Source: a virus (taxonomy: Duplodnaviria > Heunggongvirae > Uroviricota > Caudoviricetes). From it: DNA of 14,420 nt. Below are positions 1 through 7,475 of this stretch, in pieces. Under the pieces are notes generated by a model. It was not told where the DNA came from. It worked only from the letters and a program-made list of their open reading frames with translations, and did no database searches. Each line of letters starts with the position of its first letter. The first letter of the stretch is position 1. The stretch is from IMG/VR virus record IMGVR_UViG_2574180220_000003; one strand, 5' to 3'. A program made the position numbers and the translations under genes.

Positions 1-1131
1 TCAAATGACCAGTTTTTTCCATTCCTTACCGCGTGCGTCGTTGTAAATATCGGTCATTTTTTGATTCGAATGGCCTAGCAAAATTTTGGTATCAACCCCC
101 TGCTCTCTGAACAATCGCTCTGATAAAGATCTCTGCTCATGGAAAGAGGGAGGGGTGCCATTAGCACGCCAGTTGTAATCCACAGAATCCCGGGCTTTTT
201 TAAATGCAACGGTTAATGTTGCTGGCTTAACCATCCCGCCGCGCTTAGCTGTCCCTTTCGCGTGATGGTGGTGCAATAGCCACGGACTAAGAACGCAATC
301 GCGGCAGGATGACACCACATCATCCAGGGTGAGATTTAATTTATCGCAACGCAGAGCCAGAGGGATGGCAATCCGGGTTCCTGTTTTTTGCTGTTCGACA
401 TGAAGATAACCATCCCGGATATCCGAAAATTGCATTTTGCAAATATCTGAAAGGCGCTGGCCTGTCATCAGTGCCAGCAGCATACCGCGCTGTAAAAAGT
501 AACCATCCTTTTCCGCTGCGTTATAAATCATCATCCACTCATCAAAAGTCAGTCGCTGTCTTGATATCCGCACCTGCGGTTTTTTTGCCGATTCTGCAGG
601 GTTAAAGCCTGGCGGGACATCGCCCGTTTGCTGAGCTTCCCGGAAAACATCGATCAGTACCTTCCTGAAAATTTGTCCCATTCTGTTATGTCCTCTGGCC
701 TTGTACTCTTCCAGTACTGATACCACATCTTTTACGGTTATGGCATCTAACGGTCTGGTGCCAAAACGTTCATCAAATACCCTGAGAGGGGCCGCTTTCT
801 GTTTCAGCGTGTTGAGTTTGATCTCGCCGTTTTCATATCTTTCCTGTTGAATTTTTCTGTAATTATTCAGAAAAATGGTAACGGTTGATGAACCGCCGGT
901 ATCACTAATAATTTTCTCCTGCAGACTGAGCATTTGTTCCATTTGCTGCCGGGCAAGACGGCTGTTCGCTTCTGCTGCAATAGTTTCTGCCAGTTTCTGG
1001 TCAATACTGCCGAGACCGTGATTTTTGCCTGTTATGGGATGCCTGTAACGCCAGTAAACTTTGTTATTTCTTTTGTCAAAATACGGAGATAATCCCGGAA
1101 CATTGGTTTTATATTTTCGCGGGCGCGCCAT
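1..1131 (-). CDS. int: Phage tyrosine integrase (site-specific recombinase); stop codon at 1-3, so the gene is complete at the window edge
   Basis: 376-aa ORF with the integrase-like C-terminal region (HHHAKGTAKRGG ... LLGHSNQKMTDIYND, candidate catalytic Tyr in DIYND). It is terminal in the element and immediately downstream of an excisionase-like ORF. Confidence 0.88.
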   Translation of the reverse strand: MARPRKYKTNVPGLSPYFDKRNNKVYWRYRHPITGKNHGLGSIDQKLAETIAAEANSRLARQQMEQMLSLQEKIISDTGGSSTVTIFLNNYRKIQQERYENGEIKLNTLKQKAAPLRVFDERFGTRPLDAITVKDVVSVLEEYKARGHNRMGQIFRKVLIDVFREAQQTGDVPPGFNPAESAKKPQVRISRQRLTFDEWMMIYNAAEKDGYFLQRGMLLALMTGQRLSDICKMQFSDIRDGYLHVEQQKTGTRIAIPLALRCDKLNLTLDDVVSSCRDCVLSPWLLHHHHAKGTAKRGGMVKPATLTVAFKKARDSVDYNWRANGTPPSFHEQRSLSERLFREQGVDTKILLGHSNQKMTDIYNDARGKEWKKLVI

Positions 1132-1357
1132 CTTCCAGTATCCTCTTCAAAGCAGGGTGATCTGTGGCGATCACCTCCGGCTTGTTTACCATTCCGACAA
1201 AGCGAGCTTGCGGATCCACTCGCCAGCGTCTTCCAACTTTTTTGGGGAGAGGAAATATCATTCCGGCTTTAGCGTATTTACTTAACGTACTCGGAGTTGG
1301 GACCGGTTCACTGAATTCCTCTTTTGCCCACTCAGTGAGCAGAATAAGTCTTGCCAT
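1109..1357 (-). CDS. xis: Excisionase / small DNA-binding recombination directionality factor
   Basis: 82-aa basic ORF immediately upstream of int, overlapping its start by 23 nt. It contains a KKVGRRWRV-type winged-helix motif typical of Xis proteins. Start codon uncertain (no clear SD). Confidence 0.6.
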   Translation of the reverse strand: MARLILLTEWAKEEFSEPVPTPSTLSKYAKAGMIFPLPKKVGRRWRVDPQARFVGMVNKPEVIATDHPALKRILEDGAPAKI

Positions 1358-1421
1358 GAGCGTCGTTCGCTAATCATGGTCGCCGCCACTATAGCTGGTG
1401 GGCAACGACCGGGGTTGAACA

Positions 1422-3893
1422 TTAAAAATCAGCCTGATTCGGGATCATTTTTTGCCAGATAACTGAAACGTATTTTGCCTGGTAACGGGCGTCATCAAGT
1501 GCATTATGGCGCTCACCTTCGAATGGAATAGCCGTTCTGGCATCGAAGTCTATGGCTTTCCCCAGCTCAACGATTGTGCGTACATCGCGATCGTTGTAGT
1601 AACGCCACGGGCAGGGGATCCCCTGCCGTTCGTATGAACGGCGCAAAATCGTGTTGTCGAAGTTGGCTCCATTTCCCCAGACCTGAACAAAAAATTCACC
1701 GGAGTTTTCGTCGATAAATTCCCGCAATTGTAACAGTGCATCATCTAACGGGATTTCATCGGTCATAATGGCAGACTGCGCTTCACGTGATTGCTTCAGC
1801 CACCTTTTAATGACGTCACGATCAATGACTCCGCCAGCAGTTTCCAGATCGATAGTCTTACTAAATTCCGGTCCCATATCTCCGGTTTGCGGATCGAAAA
1901 ATATTGCACCTATTGAGATAATCGGGGCATCAGGATTTTTTCCCATGGTTTCAAGGTCGATCATTAGATGGTCACACGTCCTGCTGGTGGATGTGATAAC
2001 GTGATGACCGTTCATCGCAATTAAGGGATCTGCCGTCTCGCCAGTTTCACTATCGCTGGCGTGATCCTGAGCGCTACCAGCATTCTCCTTGTGTGGATGT
2101 TCAGCGCCTTCGATTTCCTTCGGATCATTTTCCTGAACTTCAACCTGATTCTCTTCATCGAATGTTTCCTGGTATGTTGCGTCACCCATCACCGCGCCAC
2201 AATCAGGGCAGTTGCCGCCACCGCTTTGACCGCAGGCGGTGCAGACTTTTTCCGGTTCCTGTTGCGCTACTGGCTCAGGTTGTTTCGTTTCTGGCTCGTT
2301 TTGTTGCGTATTTGGGCTGTTTTGTTCCGCTTTCTGGTCGTTCTGTTCCGATTCTTGCTGGTTCTGGTTTACAGAATCGCGGGTTTCAATCCCCTTTACC
2401 CATTTCGGATCATTCGGGTCGCTAATCCCTGCAACAAATTCTCCGCGAGAGGCAGCAAGCAACTTATCGGCGTCAGGCTGGCTGATATTGGCTGCCTGCA
2501 TAATTTTGTTTACTTCGTCAGCGGTAACTTTTACCGGCTCTGGTTGTGCGGTCGTGTCAGATGCACCAGTATTTTGTTGTGAACCTGAGTACGTGCCGTT
2601 TTTACGTGCGAAGTATTCCTCTTTTGTGATTTCCGTAGCTCCCAAGGCTAGTGCTTTTTCCAGACCAGAAAGTTTGTTTGCGCGACCGTATTTTTCGCCA
2701 TCCTTGTCGGTGAAGAGGAAGTAGAACGGCCCCTCACGCTCTACAGATGGTTCGACTTCCACTTTGCATTCGGTTTTTTCGTTGCCCGGAATTGCCGTTT
2801 CCACTGCATCAGTTTCTGGTACTGGCGACGAGAGAGTATCAGTTGCGCTCTGATTTCTTCCTTCATCTTCAAACACGCCCTTTGTAGTCAGGTATTCAGT
2901 AATGTATTTGTTCAGTGCCACAGGGTCTTTGTGAATGTCGATCGGACGTTCACGGACAAGGCCAAAAATAGTCTGGCGGTCGTAGCGAAGGGCATCAGGC
3001 TGTTTGCGCATTGATGCCGAGATACGCTTCCAGTCTTCGCGGTCGTTGTCGATAACTTCATTTTTTGCCCAGCGATGGATGCTGCCGTCAATGTTTCCGG
3101 CATCCACATCACCAGGCCAGAGAGCGTAGGCCAGTTCGTCATCCAGTGTTTTCCATGTCTGCTTGTATTCGCGATGAATGGCAGCAATGACCGGGCTGAT
3201 TTTTCCTGTTGAATTTTCACTGTGCTGTTGATTGGTTCTGGCGCGGGCGAGATCAACAACAGACGTGTATTTTCCGGTTTCCTTGCGTTCACCTTCGCGA
3301 CGTTTTTTCCAGATGCGCATCTCTGCCTGAATTTCGGGCCATTTGGCACCAGGCTTACATTTATGCTTAACCCACCCGATGGCATGCAGCTTAAGCTCCG
3401 GATACATGGCGTTAACTTCTGGCATTTTCATCAACGCTTCAACGATATGGCCGTCGAATGTTGCCATGTCTTCCTGCAACAATTCCTGTGCGCTAATAAC
3501 CATATCAACGGTGATGTTTTCACATGTGTCGAACTTAACCATGACAGCGTTCTGTACTTCAGGGGCCAGCTTGTCAAAAGTGACGTTCATCGGATCGGAT
3601 TCAGTCTCAACCGGGACAAAGGAAGCAGACTCCTCATCCCAGCGGTTTTCCTGCATATATTCAGCATCCCAGGAATCGAGGGCAGGGCGGGGTATACCGG
3701 GTTTATCCTCGCAGACAAGAAATTTATAAGCGCAGTCCTGAGCAGCCGGATAATGTTCCAGGAATTGCCAGTGAAATTTTGCGCGGGCGCGACGTTCATC
3801 ACCGGCTTCAATGGCAGTGGCTACAGCGACGGCACCTTCTTCCTTTATTGCCTGTTCGTCCGGAATGGCGGCGCAAATAAAGACTTTACTCAT
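1422..3893 (-). CDS. Large recombination exonuclease-like protein ('exodeoxyribonuclease VIII'-type annotation) with C-terminal DEDDh (DnaQ-like) 3'-5' exonuclease domain
   Basis: 823-aa ORF with SD GAGG about 11 nt upstream of the ATG at 3893. C-terminal motifs DLETMG (Exo I), WGNGANFD (Exo II) and HNALDDARY (Exo III). Central CTACGQSGGGNCPDCG zinc-ribbon-like motif and a Q/E/P-rich low-complexity linker. Position in the leftward operon matches a phage recombination gene. Confidence 0.75.
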   Translation of the reverse strand: MSKVFICAAIPDEQAIKEEGAVAVATAIEAGDERRARAKFHWQFLEHYPAAQDCAYKFLVCEDKPGIPRPALDSWDAEYMQENRWDEESASFVPVETESDPMNVTFDKLAPEVQNAVMVKFDTCENITVDMVISAQELLQEDMATFDGHIVEALMKMPEVNAMYPELKLHAIGWVKHKCKPGAKWPEIQAEMRIWKKRREGERKETGKYTSVVDLARARTNQQHSENSTGKISPVIAAIHREYKQTWKTLDDELAYALWPGDVDAGNIDGSIHRWAKNEVIDNDREDWKRISASMRKQPDALRYDRQTIFGLVRERPIDIHKDPVALNKYITEYLTTKGVFEDEGRNQSATDTLSSPVPETDAVETAIPGNEKTECKVEVEPSVEREGPFYFLFTDKDGEKYGRANKLSGLEKALALGATEITKEEYFARKNGTYSGSQQNTGASDTTAQPEPVKVTADEVNKIMQAANISQPDADKLLAASRGEFVAGISDPNDPKWVKGIETRDSVNQNQQESEQNDQKAEQNSPNTQQNEPETKQPEPVAQQEPEKVCTACGQSGGGNCPDCGAVMGDATYQETFDEENQVEVQENDPKEIEGAEHPHKENAGSAQDHASDSETGETADPLIAMNGHHVITSTSRTCDHLMIDLETMGKNPDAPIISIGAIFFDPQTGDMGPEFSKTIDLETAGGVIDRDVIKRWLKQSREAQSAIMTDEIPLDDALLQLREFIDENSGEFFVQVWGNGANFDNTILRRSYERQGIPCPWRYYNDRDVRTIVELGKAIDFDARTAIPFEGERHNALDDARYQAKYVSVIWQKMIPNQADF
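2239..2400. repeat. Imperfect short tandem/low-complexity DNA repeats inside the exonuclease gene (encode the Q/E/N/P-rich linker)
   Basis: Repeated variants of ctggttc/gtttcgtttctggctcgtt visible by eye; the minus-strand translation gives ...QNQQESEQNDQKAEQNSPNTQQNEPETKQPEPVAQQEPEKV... Confidence 0.4.
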
Positions 3894-3985
3894 TTTGTTT
3901 TACCTCATTACAGATTTAAGGGTGAACAAATCCCTGCCATTGCTGGCATATAAGAATGAAACCGGATATTTATTACGGAACTGTT

Positions 3986-4177
3986 TTAAAGACCTGCCGG
4001 GATTTCGTTATTATCCTGGTGAATAACTTTATCGACCGGGTAACAGTTACCGGGAATTTTCTGTTCGGTTGCTGCAGTCACACACTCCTGCATTGTCCTG
4101 TGAACACTGACTGCAATATCAACTGGCTCTCCGGAAACAAGAAAAACTGTCAGAACAAGTGCAAATGCTGTATTCAT
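3986..4177 (-). CDS. Hypothetical small protein (63 aa) with N-terminal hydrophobic segment (signal peptide or membrane anchor); possible Kil/exclusion-type accessory protein
   Basis: ATG at 4175-4177 (minus strand) overlaps the stop of the upstream gene in an ATGA arrangement. Sequence MNTAFALVLTVFLVSGEP... carries a hydrophobic core; the mature part has 2 Cys. An alternative start 9 nt upstream (MLAMNT...) is possible. Confidence 0.35.
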   Translation of the reverse strand: MNTAFALVLTVFLVSGEPVDIAVSVHRTMQECVTAATEQKIPGNCYPVDKVIHQDNNEIPAGL

Positions 4178-4362
4178 TGCCAGCATCCTTTTTGTATCGG
4201 ACGTAAACGGGCCAGCATTGAAAGAATGCATATTTTATTTAATAGCTCCCGTTCGTGTTTTCTCTTGTTAATGGCATCTTCAGTAAATACAGGGTTACTG
4301 ATAGTGACACCAATTTCAAAACAACCTTCAGACGTATTAACGTTTGGTAATAACGTTTCCAT
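4174..4362 (-). CDS. Hypothetical small protein (62 aa), first gene of the leftward operon
   Basis: Internal ATG at 4360-4362 (minus strand) preceded by SD GAGGA about 8 nt upstream. Translationally coupled (ATGA) to the downstream small gene. No recognisable motif. Confidence 0.35.
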   Translation of the reverse strand: METLLPNVNTSEGCFEIGVTISNPVFTEDAINKRKHERELLNKICILSMLARLRPIQKGCWQ

Positions 4363-4718
4363 TATCGCGTCCTCAACAATGAATTTTGTGATGCGGTGCC
4401 TGGTGCCTCCAGGTGACGTTAACCAGTTAACAATTAACGCCGGATACAGAGAATCCACCCATAACACTGTTTTTGGTTTTAACTGTTCCGCGTGCGCTCA
4501 GCCGCATTCACCACATCACAAAATTCACTTTAAAAAGGGCGGCAGAGCAGTCACGGAGTAAAACTGATACCGCCAAACGTCACCAGAAAATTGATAACAG
4601 AGGGCGTTGCAGCGGGGTTGTCACTTAAGCGTATGGTCAACCTGACAACCCGGTGTCCTCAACGGGGGAAGGAATACCGGAACTCGGTCTGGTTATCGTT
4701 AAGCCAGGCCGTGAATCA

Positions 4719-5702
4719 ATGTCAGCATTCCATAACGGCAGAATACTGGTGGAGCCGGAATCAAAAAGCATGCGTAATCTGCCGTCCGGGGTCGTTCCTG
4801 CCGCTCGCCAGCCGCTGGTGGAAGACAAAACATTGCTGCCGTTTTTCAGTAACGCACGGGTGATTCGTGCTGCTGGTGGTGCTGGTGCATTGTCTGACTG
4901 GCTGTTGCGCCATATTAAATCCTGCCAGTGGCCACACGGCGATTATCATCACAGCGAAACCGTCATTCACCGTTATGGTACCGGCGCAATGGTGTTGTGC
5001 TGGCACTGCGACAACCAGCTGCGTGACCAGACATCCGAATCACTCGAGCAACTTGCTCATCAAAACCTGTCAGCATGGATGATTGACGTCATCGGTCACG
5101 CAATAAGCGGTACGCAGGAGCGTGAATTATCTTTGGCTGAATTATCCTGGTGGGCGGTCCGCAATCAGGTGGCGGACGCGCTACCGGAAGCGGTATTACG
5201 TCGTTCGCTGGGGTTGCGTGCGGAAAAAATCCGCTCAATGTACCGTGAAAGCGACATCGTACCGGGAGAGCAGACCGCCACCAGCATACTGAAGCAGCGC
5301 ACAAAAAATCTTGCGCCGCTGCCTCACGCCCACCAGCAAACCCCGCCACAGGAAAAGACGGTGGTCAGCATTGCCGTTGATCCGGAGTCACCGGCTCAGT
5401 ATCTCCAGCGCCAGAAATCACAACGGGAAGAGATGCCTGTATACACGCGTTGGGTAAAAACGCAGAAATGCATGACGTGTGGCAATCAGGCAGATGATCC
5501 GCATCACATCATTGGTCATGGACTGGGAGGGATGGGAACAAAGGCTGATGATTTGTTTGTTATTCCGCTGTGCCGTAAATGCCATAGCGAACTACACGCC
5601 GGGGTAAAAGATTTTGAAGAAAAACACGGCAGCCAGCTGTTGTTGCTGATTCGTTTTTTAATGCACGCGAGAAATTCGGGTGTTCTGAAGTGGAAAGCAT
5701 AA
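4719..5702 (+). CDS. DUF968-like nin-region protein with C-terminal Cys/His (HNH-like) motif; start uncertain (the ORF track extends to a GTG at 4653)
   Basis: Long ORF ending in CMTCGNQADDPHHIIGH...CRKCHSELH, a Cys/His cluster resembling those of lambdoid DUF968/YdfU-type proteins (from memory). Its stop abuts the rusA ATG (TAAATG). Candidate starts are ATG 4719 or ATG 4767. Confidence 0.65.
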   Translation: MSAFHNGRILVEPESKSMRNLPSGVVPAARQPLVEDKTLLPFFSNARVIRAAGGAGALSDWLLRHIKSCQWPHGDYHHSETVIHRYGTGAMVLCWHCDNQLRDQTSESLEQLAHQNLSAWMIDVIGHAISGTQERELSLAELSWWAVRNQVADALPEAVLRRSLGLRAEKIRSMYRESDIVPGEQTATSILKQRTKNLAPLPHAHQQTPPQEKTVVSIAVDPESPAQYLQRQKSQREEMPVYTRWVKTQKCMTCGNQADDPHHIIGHGLGGMGTKADDLFVIPLCRKCHSELHAGVKDFEEKHGSQLLLLIRFLMHARNSGVLKWKA

Positions 5703-6083
5703 ATGACTGAACGCATAGAATTTGTTTTGCCTTACCCGCCAACGGTGAACACTTACTGGCGACGCCGTGGCAGCACATATTTTATCTCGGAGGAGGGAAA
5801 GCGTTATCGCCGGGCTGTGGCGCTTATTGTTCGCCAGCAGCGGCTGAAATTAAGCCTGTCCGGAAGGCTGGCGATAAAGGTGATTGCAGAGCCACCGGAT
5901 AAGCGTCGTCGCGACCTGGACAATATCCTGAAAGCACCGCTGGATGCGCTGACGCATGCGGGAGTGTTAATGGACGATGAGCAGTTTGATGAAATCAATA
6001 TCGTTCGTGGTCAGCCAGTATCTGGTGGACGTATGGGGGTGAAGATTTACCCCATAATGCATGAAGAGCAGGTCAAAAAATGA
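5703..6083 (+). CDS. rusA: RusA-family Holliday junction resolvase (crossover junction endodeoxyribonuclease)
   Basis: 126-aa ORF with LPYPPTVNTYWRRRG ... PDKRRRDLDNILKAPLDALTHAGVLMDDEQ, matching the RusA pattern including the catalytic acidic cluster. Position immediately upstream of Q is as in lambdoid nin regions. Confidence 0.88.
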   Translation: MTERIEFVLPYPPTVNTYWRRRGSTYFISEEGKRYRRAVALIVRQQRLKLSLSGRLAIKVIAEPPDKRRRDLDNILKAPLDALTHAGVLMDDEQFDEINIVRGQPVSGGRMGVKIYPIMHEEQVKK

Positions 6084-6901
6084 AACTGGAAGATTTACCG
6101 AAATACTACTCCCCAAAATCCCCCGGCCTGACTGATGCATCGGCCTCAACGTCGAAAGATGCGCTGAGTATCACTGATGTGATGGCCGCGCAGGGCATGA
6201 CACAGAATCGGGCTGAGATGGGGTTTTCTGCGTTCCTTGGGAAAATGGGCATTAGTATGAATGACAGAGAGCGGGCAACAGAATTGCTGACAGAATATGC
6301 ACTCAGTCGGTGTGATCGCGTGGCGGCGTTAAGAAAACTCCCGGCAGAAATAAAACCGGTAGTGATGCGCATTATGGCTTCGTACGCTTTTGAGGATTAT
6401 GCCCGCAGCGCAGCGAGTAAAAAGCAGTGCCCTTGTTGCGATGGGGAAAAATTTATTGAAAGCGTAGTTTTTACAAACAAGGTCCAGTATCCGGATGGTA
6501 AGCCACCAGTGTGGGCAAAGTGCACAAAAGGCGTGTATCCGTCTTACTGGGAAGAATGGAAAAAAGTCAGGGAGGTGGTAAAAGTTGCCTGTCCGGAGTG
6601 TGGCGGAAAGGGTGAGGTTTCCACCGCCTGTAAGGATTGCCGTGGGCGTGGTGTCGCCATTCATCGTGAAGAGTCGGTAAAACGTGGTATGCCTGTTATC
6701 AGAGATTGCCAGCGTTGTGGTGGTCGTGGCTGTGAAAGGCTGCCATCAACGGAGGCATTTAATGCCATATGCAAAGTGACGAGTGCTATCACGCTTGATA
6801 CGTGGAAAAAATCAGTGAAACGCTTTTACGATACGTTGGTGGTTCGGTTTGACATTGAAGAGGCATGGGCGGAGCGGCAGTTAAAGAGGGTAACGCGATA
6901 G
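6080..6901 (+). CDS. Q: Late-gene antiterminator, lambda Q family, with extra CxxC zinc-ribbon insertions
   Basis: Start overlaps the rusA stop (ATGA). N-terminal YYSPKSP ... ITDVMAAQGM and C-terminal FYDTLVV ... RVTR resemble lambda Q as recalled from memory. Multiple CxxC pairs (CPCCDG, CPECGG, CKDCRG, CQRCGG). Followed directly by a PR'-like promoter. Confidence 0.82.
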   Translation: MKLEDLPKYYSPKSPGLTDASASTSKDALSITDVMAAQGMTQNRAEMGFSAFLGKMGISMNDRERATELLTEYALSRCDRVAALRKLPAEIKPVVMRIMASYAFEDYARSAASKKQCPCCDGEKFIESVVFTNKVQYPDGKPPVWAKCTKGVYPSYWEEWKKVREVVKVACPECGGKGEVSTACKDCRGRGVAIHREESVKRGMPVIRDCQRCGGRGCERLPSTEAFNAICKVTSAITLDTWKKSVKRFYDTLVVRFDIEEAWAERQLKRVTR

Positions 6902-6906
6902 TGTTG

Positions 6907-6950
6907 TTGATTTTTCCCGAATCTGTGGTAAATTTGCTCTAACGATGGGC
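6907..6950 (+). promoter_or_regulatory. Lambda PR'-like late promoter with probable qut site / sigma70 pause element
   Basis: -35 TTGATT (6907-6912), 16-bp spacer with TGn, -10 TAAATT (6929-6934), followed by ...GCTCTAACGATGGG, which closely resembles lambda PR' GGGTAAATTTGACTCAACGATGGG (from memory), including the AACGAT pause-inducing element. Confidence 0.6.
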
Positions 6951-6982
6951 GTTTTATGCCTGACGTTAGAAGATTTTTTACA

Positions 6983-7007
6983 CCCCGCCGCCTGGCGGGG
7001 TTTTTAT
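6983..7007 (+). terminator. Intrinsic terminator (tR'-like) ending a short late leader transcript
   Basis: 7-bp GC stem ccccgcc/ggcgggg with 4-nt loop, followed by TTTTTAT. Confidence 0.65.
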
Positions 7008-7127
7008 AACTGAAATCGCGTCAGTACAGTAAACGCGCTGGTGGCGGTGAATACCTGTCTTTCAGCTTGCTGGCTTTTTCGACAAGAGTTATTGGTGTGT
7101 CACGTTAACCGGAAAAGGGAAAAAGAC

Positions 7128-7325
7128 ATGCTGAAACAGCAGGATATGACAGAAACCGCCAGAGTGGTGTTTAATGAATTAAGCGTTACCGAACCGGCGA
7201 CAGTCGGGGAGATAGCGCAGAATACTTACCTTTCACGCGAACGCTGCCAGTTAATACTGACCCAGCTGGTTATGGCGGGTCTGGCAGACTATCAGTTCGG
7301 TTGTTACAGACGCCTTCCGCAGTGA
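7128..7325 (+). CDS. Hypothetical small helix-turn-helix-like protein (66 aa)
   Basis: ATG at 7128 with SD AAGGGA about 8 nt upstream. The segment ATVGEIAQNTYLSRERCQLILTQLVMAGL looks like a (winged) HTH. The ORF track's longer 7041 start lacks an RBS. Confidence 0.45.
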   Translation: MLKQQDMTETARVVFNELSVTEPATVGEIAQNTYLSRERCQLILTQLVMAGLADYQFGCYRRLPQ

Positions 7326-7336
7326 AGGCTTTTTTA
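7312..7336 (+). terminator. Possible intrinsic terminator overlapping the stop codon of the small HTH ORF
   Basis: Stem gccttc/gaaggc (6 bp, 6-nt loop) followed by TTTTTTA. Confidence 0.4.
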
Positions 7337-7352
7337 TTTGTGGTAAATGGGC

Positions 7353-7383
7353 GGCTGGTGGGTGTTAGGGGCACCCACCAGCC
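7353..7383. repeat. Perfect 12-bp inverted repeat (ggctggtgggtg / cacccaccagcc) with 7-nt spacer
   Basis: Read directly from the sequence; no T-tract follows. Lies between the small HTH ORF and the methyltransferase gene. Confidence 0.7.
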
Positions 7384-7475
7384 ATCTGCTCATGCGTTGG
7401 GTTCACAAGCAAACCTCAGGCCCACTGCTTTGCGCAAAAGCAGAATGAGCCTATCAGAGACAGGCTTAATGATCC

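Noticed and set aside
2061-3953. Several plus-strand ORFs (110-243 aa) inside the exonuclease gene, and the minus-strand ORF 2912-3385 inside it
   Set aside because: All overlap the 823-aa gene in other frames, have unusual composition, and lack start signals; typical shadow ORFs.
3956-4561. 201-aa plus-strand ORF overlapping the small leftward genes
   Set aside because: Cys-rich, low-complexity translation with no RBS, antisense to two better-supported small genes; judged spurious.
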